Part shown: one piece after another, positions 47,901 to 60,600 of the stretch
Position numbering within the stretch: position 1 is the first letter of the stretch
Layout: every line of letters begins with the position of its first letter
Source of the DNA: Podarcis gaigeae
Lineage: Eukaryota
Assembly (NCBI GenBank): GCA_964106915.2
Contig: OZ066914.1
Reading direction: 5' to 3' (one strand)
DNA: 64,000 bases
Notes under the pieces: generated by a model
Databases searched by the model: none
Seen by the model: the letters and a program-made list of their open reading frames with translations, nothing else
Told to the model about the DNA's origin: nothing
Translations under genes and position numbers: made by a program

Positions 47901-50900
47901 TGGGGCCTTCAAAAATGGGTTGTAATAATAAAAAAAAATGGGTTGTAATCCAAAAAAGGGACCCACACTTCCAGGTTTGACATGGTTGTAATCCAAAACG
48001 GTTGCAAACCAAGGTACCACTGTACATGGGATCCCCTCAAAATACATCCAATTACCCCTTTATAGTAAACATTGCACATCTGGTGATTTCCATTACTACA
48101 AAAACATTGATCCAAGGCATGGATCCTCTTGGTTTTTACACAGTGTGACAAGAGAACCATTACATCTGTGTACACATGTGTCTAATGATTTGGTTGTGGT
48201 TTTGAGAGGATCTCTTACAAAAATTATGAGGCTCTATGTTTTTGTACCATGGCCTTACTGGAAAGTCAATGGAGGTAGATATGATCTGTGACCTGATGGT
48301 GGGAAATAATGCAAATTGGAGAGGATCTGTTTTGCTGGATTCAACTTGAGTGTTTGTGCATGTGTCTGTCTGTCTCCACCCTATTTTGTCCTCCCGGCTG
48401 CTCTGATTTCCTCCTCCTGGATTGCTCCCTTTTCTTTCCTATCTTCTTGGTCACTCTGTCTTCTATTCAGCTACTCAGGTGCTGATCCAGTTCCTTGAAA
48501 AGGCTATGGAATTGAAAGAGGAAGTGGGAAAGAACATTGCTTTTTCAACTTCCTTTTTCAGCTCTATGCCATTTCCAGTGGTGGCAGTGGAAGAGAAAGG
48601 TAATCCCCTTCACCATCTCAATATGAAAGGGTTAGTGAGCAGGGGAAATGCTCAGAGGCTTTGTGGGCACCAGGGGAAGTCTTGAAGAGGGCCACATTGG
48701 TGACCTCAGGTCTACACTAACCAGCAGCAGCTCTCCAGGGTTTCTGATGGAAATCTGTTCCAGCCTTAGATGCAGGGACAGAGCCTGGGACCTTTTTACA
48801 TGCAAAAGCATGAGCTCTAACTTGGTGCTACTAACGATGAAGCTAAATTTGGGCACCTCCAGTGTGTCAGTATTGTGTGGGAGTGATTCAGTTGCACGCC
48901 AGAACTTTAGCTTTGTGCACTTAAAGTGGTTTAAAGAGCTCCGTTGCCCTAGCAAAACAATTTTTATTTTTAAAAGGGGAATCAAACCTTTTGCAGCTTG
49001 GAAAGTGATGGGGAAAGGCCTTGAAAAGTGTGATATGAATGAATTACTGATGGGAATGTGTGTGCAACACCCCACAAGCAAAACAGAATGAATGTTTATT
49101 GTCATATAACCGCCCTGCAAACAAATTGGAACAAATGGTCCATGAAGGCTGGATATAATCAAACCTTATTTGTGCAAGCAAATCAGGATGAATGCTCATC
49201 TGGAGGGGCCCACATGGCCTCATCATCATTAGCACCAAGTACTAATAAACATGTTGCTGGCTGCTTGAAACAGAACTGTCTGAGGCTGCTTTGTGTGAGT
49301 GGCTCAGTTTGGGGTTGGTTTTTTAAAAACACATCACTGCAACTCCCTCTCATTTTCAAACTATTTCAGATAACCTAAATACGAAGGAACCCATTGTTTG
49401 AAACACACAAATATCTCCCACTCCAGATTGGTTGTAGGTGCGTATTGGCTCTCAGCATTGTTCATTGGCCTGATGCTTGGTTTAACAGCAGCGGCACAAA
49501 TTGAGCATTTCCATTTACCTCCTGTGCAAGTTCACCCTAGTCCCCCCTTAATATCAAAGCAAGATCTATCTTCCTTCGCTTTTTAGTACCTCTAGGTATG
49601 ATCTGGACTCTCCGCTGATCCTGATCCCGGCCATTGGAAGCAATGCAGGTAAAGAAGCCAGCATCTTCAGAGGCAAGGCGACTGATAACTAAGGCACCGT
49701 CAGACTGCTGTCTGTGCCTGGAAAGCAAGAGAGGAATAGCGACTATGAGTCTTAATGAGAAGGAATTTATTTGCATCTAACTCAATGACTTATTTGAGAG
49801 AGGTTACATTGCTCAAAGCATAGTCTGAATGCAGGTACCCTTACTGTGCCTCCACATCTCTCTCTCAAAACTTGTTTACGACCTCTGAGGATCAGCTGTC
49901 AAGCCTGTCTGACTGCTGCAAAGTGAACAACAACCAAAGAGCAGTAGTCTCTCTTCAAGCTCATCCTTTTGAATTCAGGCTTGTACAGTGCAGGTGGGCT
50001 TCACCCCTTTTATCTGTAAAACCAGGAACCAGGCAGAGGGTCTTCTCAGTAGTGGCACCCACCCTGTGGAATGCCCTCCCTTTAGCCAGATGTCAAGGAG
50101 ATAGAATTACATCTGAAGGCAGCCCTCTATTGGGAAGTTTTTAATGTTTTTAATGTTTGCTGTTTTACTATGTTTTTATGTGTGCTGTAAGCCGCACAGG
50201 GTGGCTGGGAAAACCCAGCCAGTTGGGCGGGGTACAAATAATAAAATTATTATTATTAAAATAACAATTACTTTTGCTGTCGTCTACTATGTAATGACTT
50301 TGAAGAATTTTAAGTCCTTGGTTGTCACAAGAACCAATTTTGGTTAAGTGGTCACAACAGTTTTGTCACATTATTTCAGTGAATTTGGCAATGAACTGGA
50401 TGAACCAGAATAAGGACCGAGTAAGTCACTAAATGTGGGGTAAGCAGAGCAGGTATGTACCATGTAAGGGCAGTCTTCTTGATGGAGGTGACCTCTACTT
50501 CCCCAACCTCCACCACAAGGCTATGCAAGGACCATCTTGCCCTGAAGGGAGGGGAATTCCCTGCCATCTAGTTCCCAGAGTTACAGCTGAGGTGGCCTCC
50601 CCCCAACCAGGAGCGAATGAAGGCGTTGTGACACCTGGGGTGGGGCATCACTACGTAGGGTGCATGTGCAGCGGTGCTACGTGCGACGCATGCGCCGTAC
50701 ATAGCGATGCCACACATGCGCTGTACATAGAAGTTTGCCACCGCCCAGTGCCATACGGACGGTGCCGGGATACTCTGCTCGCAGCTGCAGCCACGAAGGG
50801 AGGATCCTCTACATGTGGCTGCAGCCGCAAGCAGAGTGCCTTCTTGTCACCTCCCCAGACATGGCACCCAGGGAGCACTGCCCCCCATTGGAACACCACT

Positions 50901-51612
50901 GCCCCCAACACTGCCACCAGGCTACCTAAGGACCCACCTTGCCCTCAGGACAGGAGAGAACTAGCTTTCAGAAATTTTGAAAGGAGTCACAGGCTGAAGG
51001 GAAAATAGTAGGTAGCTACAAAATGGGAGTTGTAATTAAGACTTTGGGTGGGGAAACAGAAAGAGAAGGGGGTTGCTCAGATAAGGTTTTGCTAAAATGA
51101 AAAATGAGGATGGAGAATGACCTGGGGGGTTGGCATCAAGAGAAATGGGGTGTGGCCTCAGATGAATACGAAAAGCTATATTGTCACAAAGAGTGCCTAC
51201 AATAGTGAAAATGTACGTTAGCAGAGGATGTGCCTTTAAAAACAGTAAAAATTGTAACAAATGCTTGTCCCTAATTAACCTAACAACGTAGCCCTGTTGG
51301 TCAGAGTGGTTTGAGCTGTGTACCCCGGCATTGAAAGAAGAAGATGGGAAAGTAGAAACACATTAGTTGTAGCTTACCTTGGAGAGGAGATGGGCTGTCC
51401 GTCTTTCTGCCACTCAATGGTTACAGAAGGCAAAGCCTCTACACGGCAAGGCAATCTGACTCGCTCCCCGATATTGGCATCAACAATCGAGGGTTCATTC
51501 TTATACATTTTTAACCTGGAAAACAAATTTACAAGTGTTCTAGCTCTGTATTTTGAATCTGTGTAATGTAATCAGAACCTTTCTCTTGACTTTTCCTGTG
51601 AACAGCACCTAT

Positions 51613-51653
<41 letters not shown>

Positions 51654-54600
51654 GCAGCGGCTCCTCATCTTGATTTGAGCATGAATGGATTACTGCAGAG
51701 GCCTGCACTTAAGACAGAAGCTGCAAACCAACTAGGCGAGTGCTTTACAAAATGCGGGCTTGTATAAACACATCTTCCTTAAGTACTCTCTTGGCTGCAA
51801 GCCTAGAGAAATGCCTTTAGCCACAAGAATCCACAGTAACAGAATGTTCTTTTCAGTGCCATCCCTGTAGCCCAAGCCTGCCTGGTTCTGTATCTTGATT
51901 TCTACAAAGGGCTGGAGGAATTTCAGTGGAATATCACTGTTTCACCATGTAGCTATTTGAGGATCTTCACTAGCCACTCCTTTCACTCCAAAGATAAAGA
52001 ACCTCAATGCTTACCAGAAAAGTACCAAGAGGTCAACTTATTCCCATTCCCCTCCCATGCTAGACACTCCCAACTGCTTGAACTATCAGCCGGCTAGAGA
52101 AAGTGGGAACTGTATGAATTAGGAGGGCAGTTTTATTTTGGTAAACTGCTTTGAGAAAGCAATGTGTCCTAAAGGGGCAGGTTAGAAATTCATCAAATAA
52201 ATAATAGCCTGCCGAGAACCACTCCTTTTGTTCTGGGAGGTGCAGACAGGTAGCAGCAACTGGCAAGAACTGCCACCATCCACCCATATGACTCAGAATG
52301 GACTGACTGCAACTACGACTATGGCCATTACGGAAACAGTGGACTAAGGTCTCTTCAACCTCCACCACAACTGACAGGAGATTAGGACTGGCATAAGTTT
52401 TTGGTCAAGTCTTGCTTGTGGGGAAAGAGCAGGAGACCTACTGGACCTGTTCCAGATTCTGGAATGTTAACACTTGTAAAAACTTATGGGATGGACTTCT
52501 AAACATGACGGCAACAAGCTGTCCCCCCCTCCCAAGGAGGCTGCTGTGAATATTCCTGAGATGAGTTGCGATATAGCTGTGATTTCATACCCTGAAGCTT
52601 CTCAAAATAGTTCTCTTACCTACTCACAGTGCTTAAGGGCCACAGCCTGGTTTGACACACTGTGGAGAACAGAGGTATTATATTTGCTGTTAGCTTTACC
52701 TGTATGTTGCCTGAGGAAGGTTGACAGGAGAGGCATGTGACTGCCCAGTACTAAGTCCTGAAACAAACGCTCTGTGCTGGTGATTTTGACCATGAATCAG
52801 CTGATTCCCTGCTCTCTGTGAAACATCAGATCCAGGGATTTCTAGGGAGAGAGAATTCTGAATAAGATTGCCCTTTGCCATAAGACTGCACAGAAAAATC
52901 AGCAGCTGACTTCACATATCAGAACCAACTATCTATCTGCTCACTTCCTTTAAAACAGCCAATGGGAAATCTGTCTGTTTCTCACCCCAGTGCTAATTGT
53001 AAAAGTATGCTTTCCCCTGCCAGAAGGAACAGTTTACAAGGGGAGCCCACTATAAAATGGTAACCCAATCCGGAGTATGTGTATTGCTCGCAATCTCTAG
53101 CAGACAGTCTTGCCTGGAGTGAAATGCCCTTCATGCAAGGTCCAGTAACTCTGCGTGCTCTGTGCAAAACTACCCAACTGGGCCCTTGAATGTACAAAGA
53201 CCCCCCCCCCTCATTTATGAGGCCAGAGTTTAAATGTGCCCTGGATCAGGCAACAGCCCAATTCCTACTAGAAATTGAAAAGTGCAGCTCCTCCCAATAT
53301 GGCTAAATTAGAGGTGGATGGGAAGGAAAATCGGAGACCTTGCTTACTAAAAACTTTGCAAAATTATGATAGAGCAGAACTCCCTCAAAGACCTACCACC
53401 ACAGAGAAGACAGGGCTAGAATAGAAAAGATGTTGCTCATTCAATCAACAGAAGATTGAGAGATGCTAGTGAAGTTGTAGATGGATGTTGATAAAGTTGT
53501 AGACAGGGTGCTGGCGTTTTGCACCTGTTTCGCCCTGGCAGTCCAAGTAATAAAGAGGCTGCTGTTTGCCCCAATTGGGGCCCTTTTACTGGGGCTTGCA
53601 GGTAGCACACTCCCAAGGTAGTTTTCCGAGCTTCTTCAGTGGTCTAATCTCAAAGCCTTGATACATGTATTGATATTCAATTTCATAGAGAATACTATTT
53701 CTTGGCTTAAGAGACTGATTTGCTGACATCACAGGGTTTTATTAAACTAACTTTTACTCAGAGTAGATCCATTAAAATTAATAGGCCTAAGTTGCCCGTG
53801 GCCATTCATTTCAGGAGATACAACCCATAGCATTTTTATTATACCAAACAGATTATTATTACAAAGTTGGCGTTTTCCTTATGCCCGGCTGTTTCAGTTG
53901 ACAAATGGACAAAGGTATCTCAAGTATTAAAACAGAAACAACACCTCACCTTTGATCCTCAGCACAATTTTCCTGTGTTCTACCCTCCCATTCGAAATTT
54001 TGCACATGTAGGTCCCAGCATCCTCAGCTCTGAGCTGGCTGATCACCAAGGAACTGTCAGACTGGTAGGTATGCCTGCAGGAGGAGAAATGAGAGCATTT
54101 GACATAGATTGCAGACGAGCTATAAAGCAGCCAATGCCTGTTAACAGTAACTTTTTATTTATTTCTCTACTGGGGCAGTGCCTGGTGGAATCTTAAACGA
54201 TGTGGCGGACTTCTGATCAGTTTTTCTAGTAGTTGCGTAGGTGGGACCCAGTGAATAATGCAAGAAAATACATACACGTGAGGGCTGGGGGGGGGGGGGA
54301 TGCTTAATTTTCATGTCATGCACAAGAGCCACAGAAGTCCATTTTGCTCAGTACGTAATTTTTTGCACTGAGCAGTCTGATATCAGTCAATAATCTTTAA
54401 TACTAACAGTAATCTCAGTTAATACTAACAGTAATCTCAGTTCTCTGAATGCTGTCCTTTTGTAACAAACTCAGCACCATTCACACACACAAGAGGGGAG
54501 TAGCAGTAGGCTTGAAGGAGCCCCAAAGTTTAAAGAAGTACAAAGGAGTCTTTAAAAAAATCCTCTGTGTGTGGAGCAGGGCAGGGTGTGGATTAGAAAA

Positions 54601-57600
54601 CCAAGGCAGTGAGTGGTAGCTAGTGTGTGCGTCAGAATGGAGTGCAGTGGCTGGAACCCCGAGCAGCGCTCCACACTGCAATATTCTGTTGCAGGCCACA
54701 TATAATATAGAGAGAGCTTCCACTGGTACTCATCAAAATTTCTGTGTCTAGGAATTCTAAAATATAAGACTCATGTCAACGTCCTCCACTCACCCAAAAG
54801 CTTCTGTGATGTTAATAGGTTTCAGTAGGGCGGGTTCCACCACAGGGGTGGGTGCCAGGGGTCAAGCTCACCTGTCAGAGGACACTGGCCGCCCATCCTT
54901 CTGCCATTCAACTCTGGAGAAGCGGGAACTGCCTGCCTTACAGAGAAGACGGATGCTTTGTCCCAAGCCTGCCTCCACTGCTGAAGACTCCGATCCATCC
55001 AAGAAGACCCTGAAAGACATACTGTAGTTAGCCCAAAGTTCAAAGGCTGCTCTGAAAGGACAGGGTGGTAAATGCATAACTGCTGATAGAGAGAAAAAAC
55101 ACCTGACGCTTTTGCAAGGGCAATAGAGTCTGGAGTAACTAATAATAGCATTTTACCCTGTGGGTCCATGTTAGGCAGAGCTGGAAGCAGTCTGCATGTT
55201 GCTAAAGCAAGGAAACAGTGGGAGAAGAGTCTTCTGCAGACTGAAGAGACAGTGCAAACCGACTGGGGTGCTACTGGAAGGAATTTTTTTTGTTTTGACT
55301 GTGGCAGACCAACACAGCTACCTATCTGTAACTGGGGGAGAAAGTTAAACCTTCTGCATCACATGCATACCAGACCCAAAATTCATAAACACACACTTCT
55401 CTGGAAGACCAGTTCTTGACCCAGAACAATCTTTATCTAGATGAAGGGCCAAACCATGTTGTCATATCCAAATGCCTATCTTTATAATAGGGGTGGGGAG
55501 TCTTTGGACCTCCAGATGTTGCTGTACTATAACTCCCAACAGCCACAGCAAGCCAATGGCCAAGGAAGGTGGGAGTTGAAGTTCAGCAACACTGGGATGC
55601 GGCAAAGGTTCTCCATTCCTGCAGTAGAGTGTTCAAGAGCTGGGGCCTTTTAGCTAACTGTCTTTTGTTATCCAAAAGGCCCCAGTAAGAGTTTGAAGTT
55701 ACTCGCAACAGACCACAGCTGCCAGGCATTAGAATCCAGCACGAGTCAGGAGAGATACAGCTGACTACAAGTCTGTTAGCAGACACAACTCATTCACATC
55801 CCTTTGTGAAGTCAGTGGTTGTGGGTGTACAAAAATGAATGCACGGCCACTTTAAAATTTAAAAAGAAAATACTGGTACTGGGTAGCTCACATTCCCAGG
55901 GGGTGGAGGGGATTAGTCCTGTGTCAGGCTTATATTGGAATCCTTTATGATAGGTTGTCTGTCCTCACCCTGCAGCAAAACAATCTCATGCTGCAGAAAA
56001 CAACGCCTAGCAGAGACGCCTGCTATTGCAAAATATTACCTGTTTAGAGAATGAGGGAAGGAAGAGCTTGCTGAGGCTTGGCGCTCAAATCCATTCACTA
56101 CTGATCCATCTGCTGCAGATTCTCTCCTCCACCCTTGATGCTCACGGTGAACTGTCTGCCGCCTCTCAGAGTGTCCAGAGACCACAGTTTCCCCTAAACC
56201 ATGAAGGTGGTTTGCTGGATCCTTCCTTCTTTCCCCCATTCCTTGCTGAGACTCAGGCAGGCTATCTATAGTCATGGTCCTTCCCCAGCCTCTCTCCCCA
56301 TGACGTAGCAATGAGTGAGTTTCTGAGTCAGTGTGTGCATGGAAAGCCCCACCTCCTCCTCCTCCTCCTCCATGGCTATGACTCGTGGCTCCTCTTGCAG
56401 GCTGCTGTTGGTGCTGCTCCTCTGCAACTCCTCCCAAGTGAGAACTAGAGTGGATGTTAGGAACTGCAGCATGGTGGTGGTGTCCCACATCACTCCCTCC
56501 CACTGATCTATGGCAAGTTTTCATGCACTCCTCTTCAGAAGCAAAGTTGTTGTTGTTGCCGTGGCAGCCCCCATACCAGAACCGATTGCATTTCCCAACG
56601 TCATGTACAAAGTACCAGCGCGTAGTCCAATCTGAGCATGGGCCATGGGCGCTGGGCAGCAGGCAACCGATAGGATAAGCTAATAGGAAATGTCAGGAAA
56701 GAAGCAGTTGTTATAGATTAAGCAGATACACAAATCTTCTTCTGACCACATCCCCACTCAGGGCTCATCCATGCTTCTCTTTGTCCCATGCCTAGAAAGC
56801 ATGGGTCTGAGTGATTTTCCCCTCTGCCCCACTCCTTTCCCATGGAAAACCCGCTCTTTAGTGTTAAATCGGAACAAATGTCAATCTGGAGAAAACCCAA
56901 ATTGCCATTTGTTCTGAATGAGCTTTAAAGAGCAGGTGCCCCGGGGCGGAGGGAAGCAGCAGGACAAGAGGAAGTGTGATAAACACAAAGAGCAGGTTTT
57001 CCAGGAGCAAGTGGCAAAGTCCTTTGGAGCCACACCTAGAAAGCACAGGATAAGTGGGAAACTTCTCAGGCCCAAGCTTTCTTGGCATGGGACAAACAGA
57101 AGTGTTCATGAGCCCCAAATCGCTGTTTGTCTGTAAGATGCTCAGTAAATAAACCCAGATGACAATATGGATCAGGAACTTGAAGCCTGCTATCAATCCT
57201 TGCTCATTCACTACAGGTTGCTTAGGCACAGCAAAACTATTTTCTACTGTGTGATTTTGTTGTAGTCTTTTTCAATAACTGTGTGTACAGCTAGTACAAG
57301 TAAACAATAAAGTCAGATGTGTACTAAAGCACAGACCAGTCCAGGATAGACTGTGCAAAGAATGTTGCCCTATTCATGGCGCAAGGGCAACTGGAGAGTG
57401 TTTTCACTCTGGGAGGAGGTATCAGATAAGAAGCAGTGGGATAACCACACACTCTCTCAGACTTGCCTACCCCTCACCACATACCATTCCCATCCTGTCA
57501 CTACTGCCCAGGTCTCAACTGTTGGAAAATCATGCCAGCGTTCCTGGCAAAAAGGATGCTATGGCAGTACAAAGCAGTCACTGGAAGCTTAGATAAATGA

Positions 57601-60600
57601 GTCTGGGGTTGGAGGGGTCTCCTGTCACAGTATTCTGCCTCAGCACCTGAAAAAGCCTAGCAGGGGGCCAGGCATTATGAGAGCAGGTGTAAAAAAAGGC
57701 AGCAAACGTCATTTAAGATCAGATCTTTTTTTAAAAAAAAAAAATCATAACCATTTTCTAGAATTCTTTTGAGAAAGCTGGGACAGTTAGTTTAAAATAA
57801 TTTGCACTTAAAAGTTTGCATTATGGATTTGCCCTTAGAGGGGAGTCAGGATTCACGTTATCAGAGGCTCAGTTCTGTCTCTGTATCAAATGGCGCTGCT
57901 CACAAAACCAGGCATTGTGCTTCAAGGGTATGTGGGTGAGCACTTCTAGGTTGGGCCTATGCCCATCACAGCTTGCAGAAGCCAACCAGAAGTAGCCGAC
58001 TGTGATAAACAATGCAGCTTTGAAAAAGACGGCAAGGTGCCAGGTGGCTTCAAGGCTGCAGTCGCTTGGTCCCTGGCCCTGTCCATGCTGTTTTCCTTTC
58101 TGGGAAACTGTGCTCAAAAGCCATTCATTCTTCAGGGTAGCTGAACAAGAATAATTCGATAACAGAAATGTGTTAAGTGATTCCTTCCTGTCAGGAACAC
58201 TGAATGCAGAAGCCCCATAAAACGGAACTGAAATGGTACTCTGATTATTTAATAGGCATTTCTTACAAAACCAACAGAATTCAGAGACTGGGATCTTAAG
58301 GGTGGATTTCAGACTGATTCTAAATTCTGGCCAAGGGATTGTTGCCATTATTATTATTATTATTATTTGGATACTGGGTTGTCTAATTAATTAATTAATT
58401 TTATAATGAATGATTTTAGAATGTTGTTTGTGCTGTACTTTTGTACTGTTTTATTGTTGTTAGCCGCCCTGAGCCCGGCTTCGGCTGGGGAGGGCGGGAT
58501 ATAAATAAAATTTATTATTATTATTATAGCTTACAGTGCCATGAAGAAGGATGTGAAGTGATTCTGTTCACGTTGGCATAAAGCAATGGGTAAACCATCT
58601 TTCAAAACCTAAGGATCACTTACGTTGGCTGGGTCTATTGAGGCATCCATCCCCCTGAGGCCCAGAAGCCGAAGCAACGTTGTCATAGCAGCAACCATAC
58701 GTAGAAACACGACACTCCTCCGCTGGCCTCTCCTGGGACAGAACTCGGCTCGCCTTGGACAAAGCCAGAAGTTACTGAGATGGTCTCATTACTGAGATGG
58801 TGTAAAAGATCTCATACCACAAAACCAAACCCATAAACAAATCCACAGGAGGAGCTAAGACCAACCATCCCTTTTTAAGCACCTGATGGGGCAACTTTGA
58901 CAGGTAATGAAAACATGCACCAGAATGTTTCTCTTTGACTTGGGATAATTGCCACTAACAATTATAAGCAATATTGGGAGAAGGGGAATTGTTTCATAAG
59001 CTGTTCCAGTGACATGCTAAGGAAAGAAAAATCTTTTTTCTTCTTCTTTTGCTTCAGGCTTGTAAAGTTGACCCCTTGCCTAGTGTGAACTAAATGGGGA
59101 CCATCAGCTCAGATAATACAGGAAACCCAAGAGTCTGCCCACCTATGAATAAATTGGATGTTTCTCCAGATGGCCCGAGCAGCTGGGCAAAGCTCCCACC
59201 CACTTTGTTCTCAAAACACCCACCATCAGTATCCCTGGGAACTGAGCCCATGCACTTTGCTAAAAAATGCAGTAGATAATTAGGTGTTGCAAATGCAATC
59301 CCCAGCCACTGGAGAGGGTCCTACTACTGCTTGTGCTTAGCAAAGCAGCTGGGACAGGATCCAAGCATGATTGCCAGAGGCAGCTGCAGGCCCAGAAGTG
59401 GTTGAAGGAAAATAAGGAAGAAAGTAGATAGACAGATAGATCTATCTACTATCTATCTTGTATATATTGTGGTGTTTTATGTTGATCTTGTTCTGTGAAC
59501 CGCCTTGAGACTTCTGGGTATAGGGCGGTATATAAATACAATAAAGAAGGAGGAAAGTAGAGGGACTATGGCGTCAGAGCTAGGGCTAATGTCCAGGGTG
59601 CCAAAAAGCCAAAATACTGCTTGTGAGTCCAGAATGGACAATGGGATGCTACAACTCAGTGGCTGCTATCTGGACAATACTCTAGTCACCCACCATTGAT
59701 CTGAAAATTTATCATAATATACACTGCGAGCAATCTGGTTCATCCAGTACTTCTGTTTGTTTCCTGTGAGATACAGATCCCCCTGAAGGTCTAAATGTTT
59801 ATCATTAACTCCAGAGAAACATTTACAAAACGTTGTGCTTCAAATACTAACCCAGCTTCAATGGTGTTTCTTGGGGCATTATGGACTGCACAATTACGGA
59901 TTGGGCAATATGGTCCCTATATAATACTGAGCTGTGAACCAGAAGATCTCACATGACTTTAAGCAAGCTAGTCTTCCTCTCTCACACACATCCTACCTTA
60001 ATGTGTAACTGACCTACTAGAACCAAGTGTGTGATTTTGTGTGTGTAGTAGGTATTACTGTAGTATTATTACTCATTACACGATGTATGCAATACAATCA
60101 CAATGTAACTGCAATGCCTCAAAGTCATCGCCTGAAAGAAGAGACATATTTAGATCCCTGAAAGGAGAAGATCATCACAGGTTTAACTGAAAACCAGAGC
60201 CAAGATCCAAAACTTCTAATCTAGCACACTGTTGGTATAATACAGTATAAAGTAAAGATAAAAAGATAAAGGACCCCTGGACGGTTAAGTCCAGTCAAAG
60301 GTGACTATGGGGTTGCGGCACTCATTTCACTTTTCAGGCCGAGGGAGCCGGCATTTGTCCAGACAGCTTTCCGGGTCATGTGGCCAGCAGAACTAAACCG
60401 CTTCTGGTGCAACAGGACACTAACAAGTGCCAGAGAGCACGGAGCTGCTGTTTACCTTCCTGCCACAGCGGTACCTATTTAGCTACTTGCACTGACATGC
60501 TTTCGAACTGCTAGGTTGGCAGGAGCTGGGACACAGCAACGGGAGCTCCCTCCGTCACGGGGATTTGAACCGCCAACCTTCTGATTGGCAAGCCCAAGAG

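Noticed and set aside
48422-49162. Overlapping ORFs (147-176 aa) and an exon-like + strand segment in a PAPLN intron
   Set aside because: No recognisable homology, and the flanking PAPLN exons already join in frame without them.
50433-51008. 191-aa ORF
   Set aside because: Runs through a CpG-rich interspersed repeat; no protein-like features.
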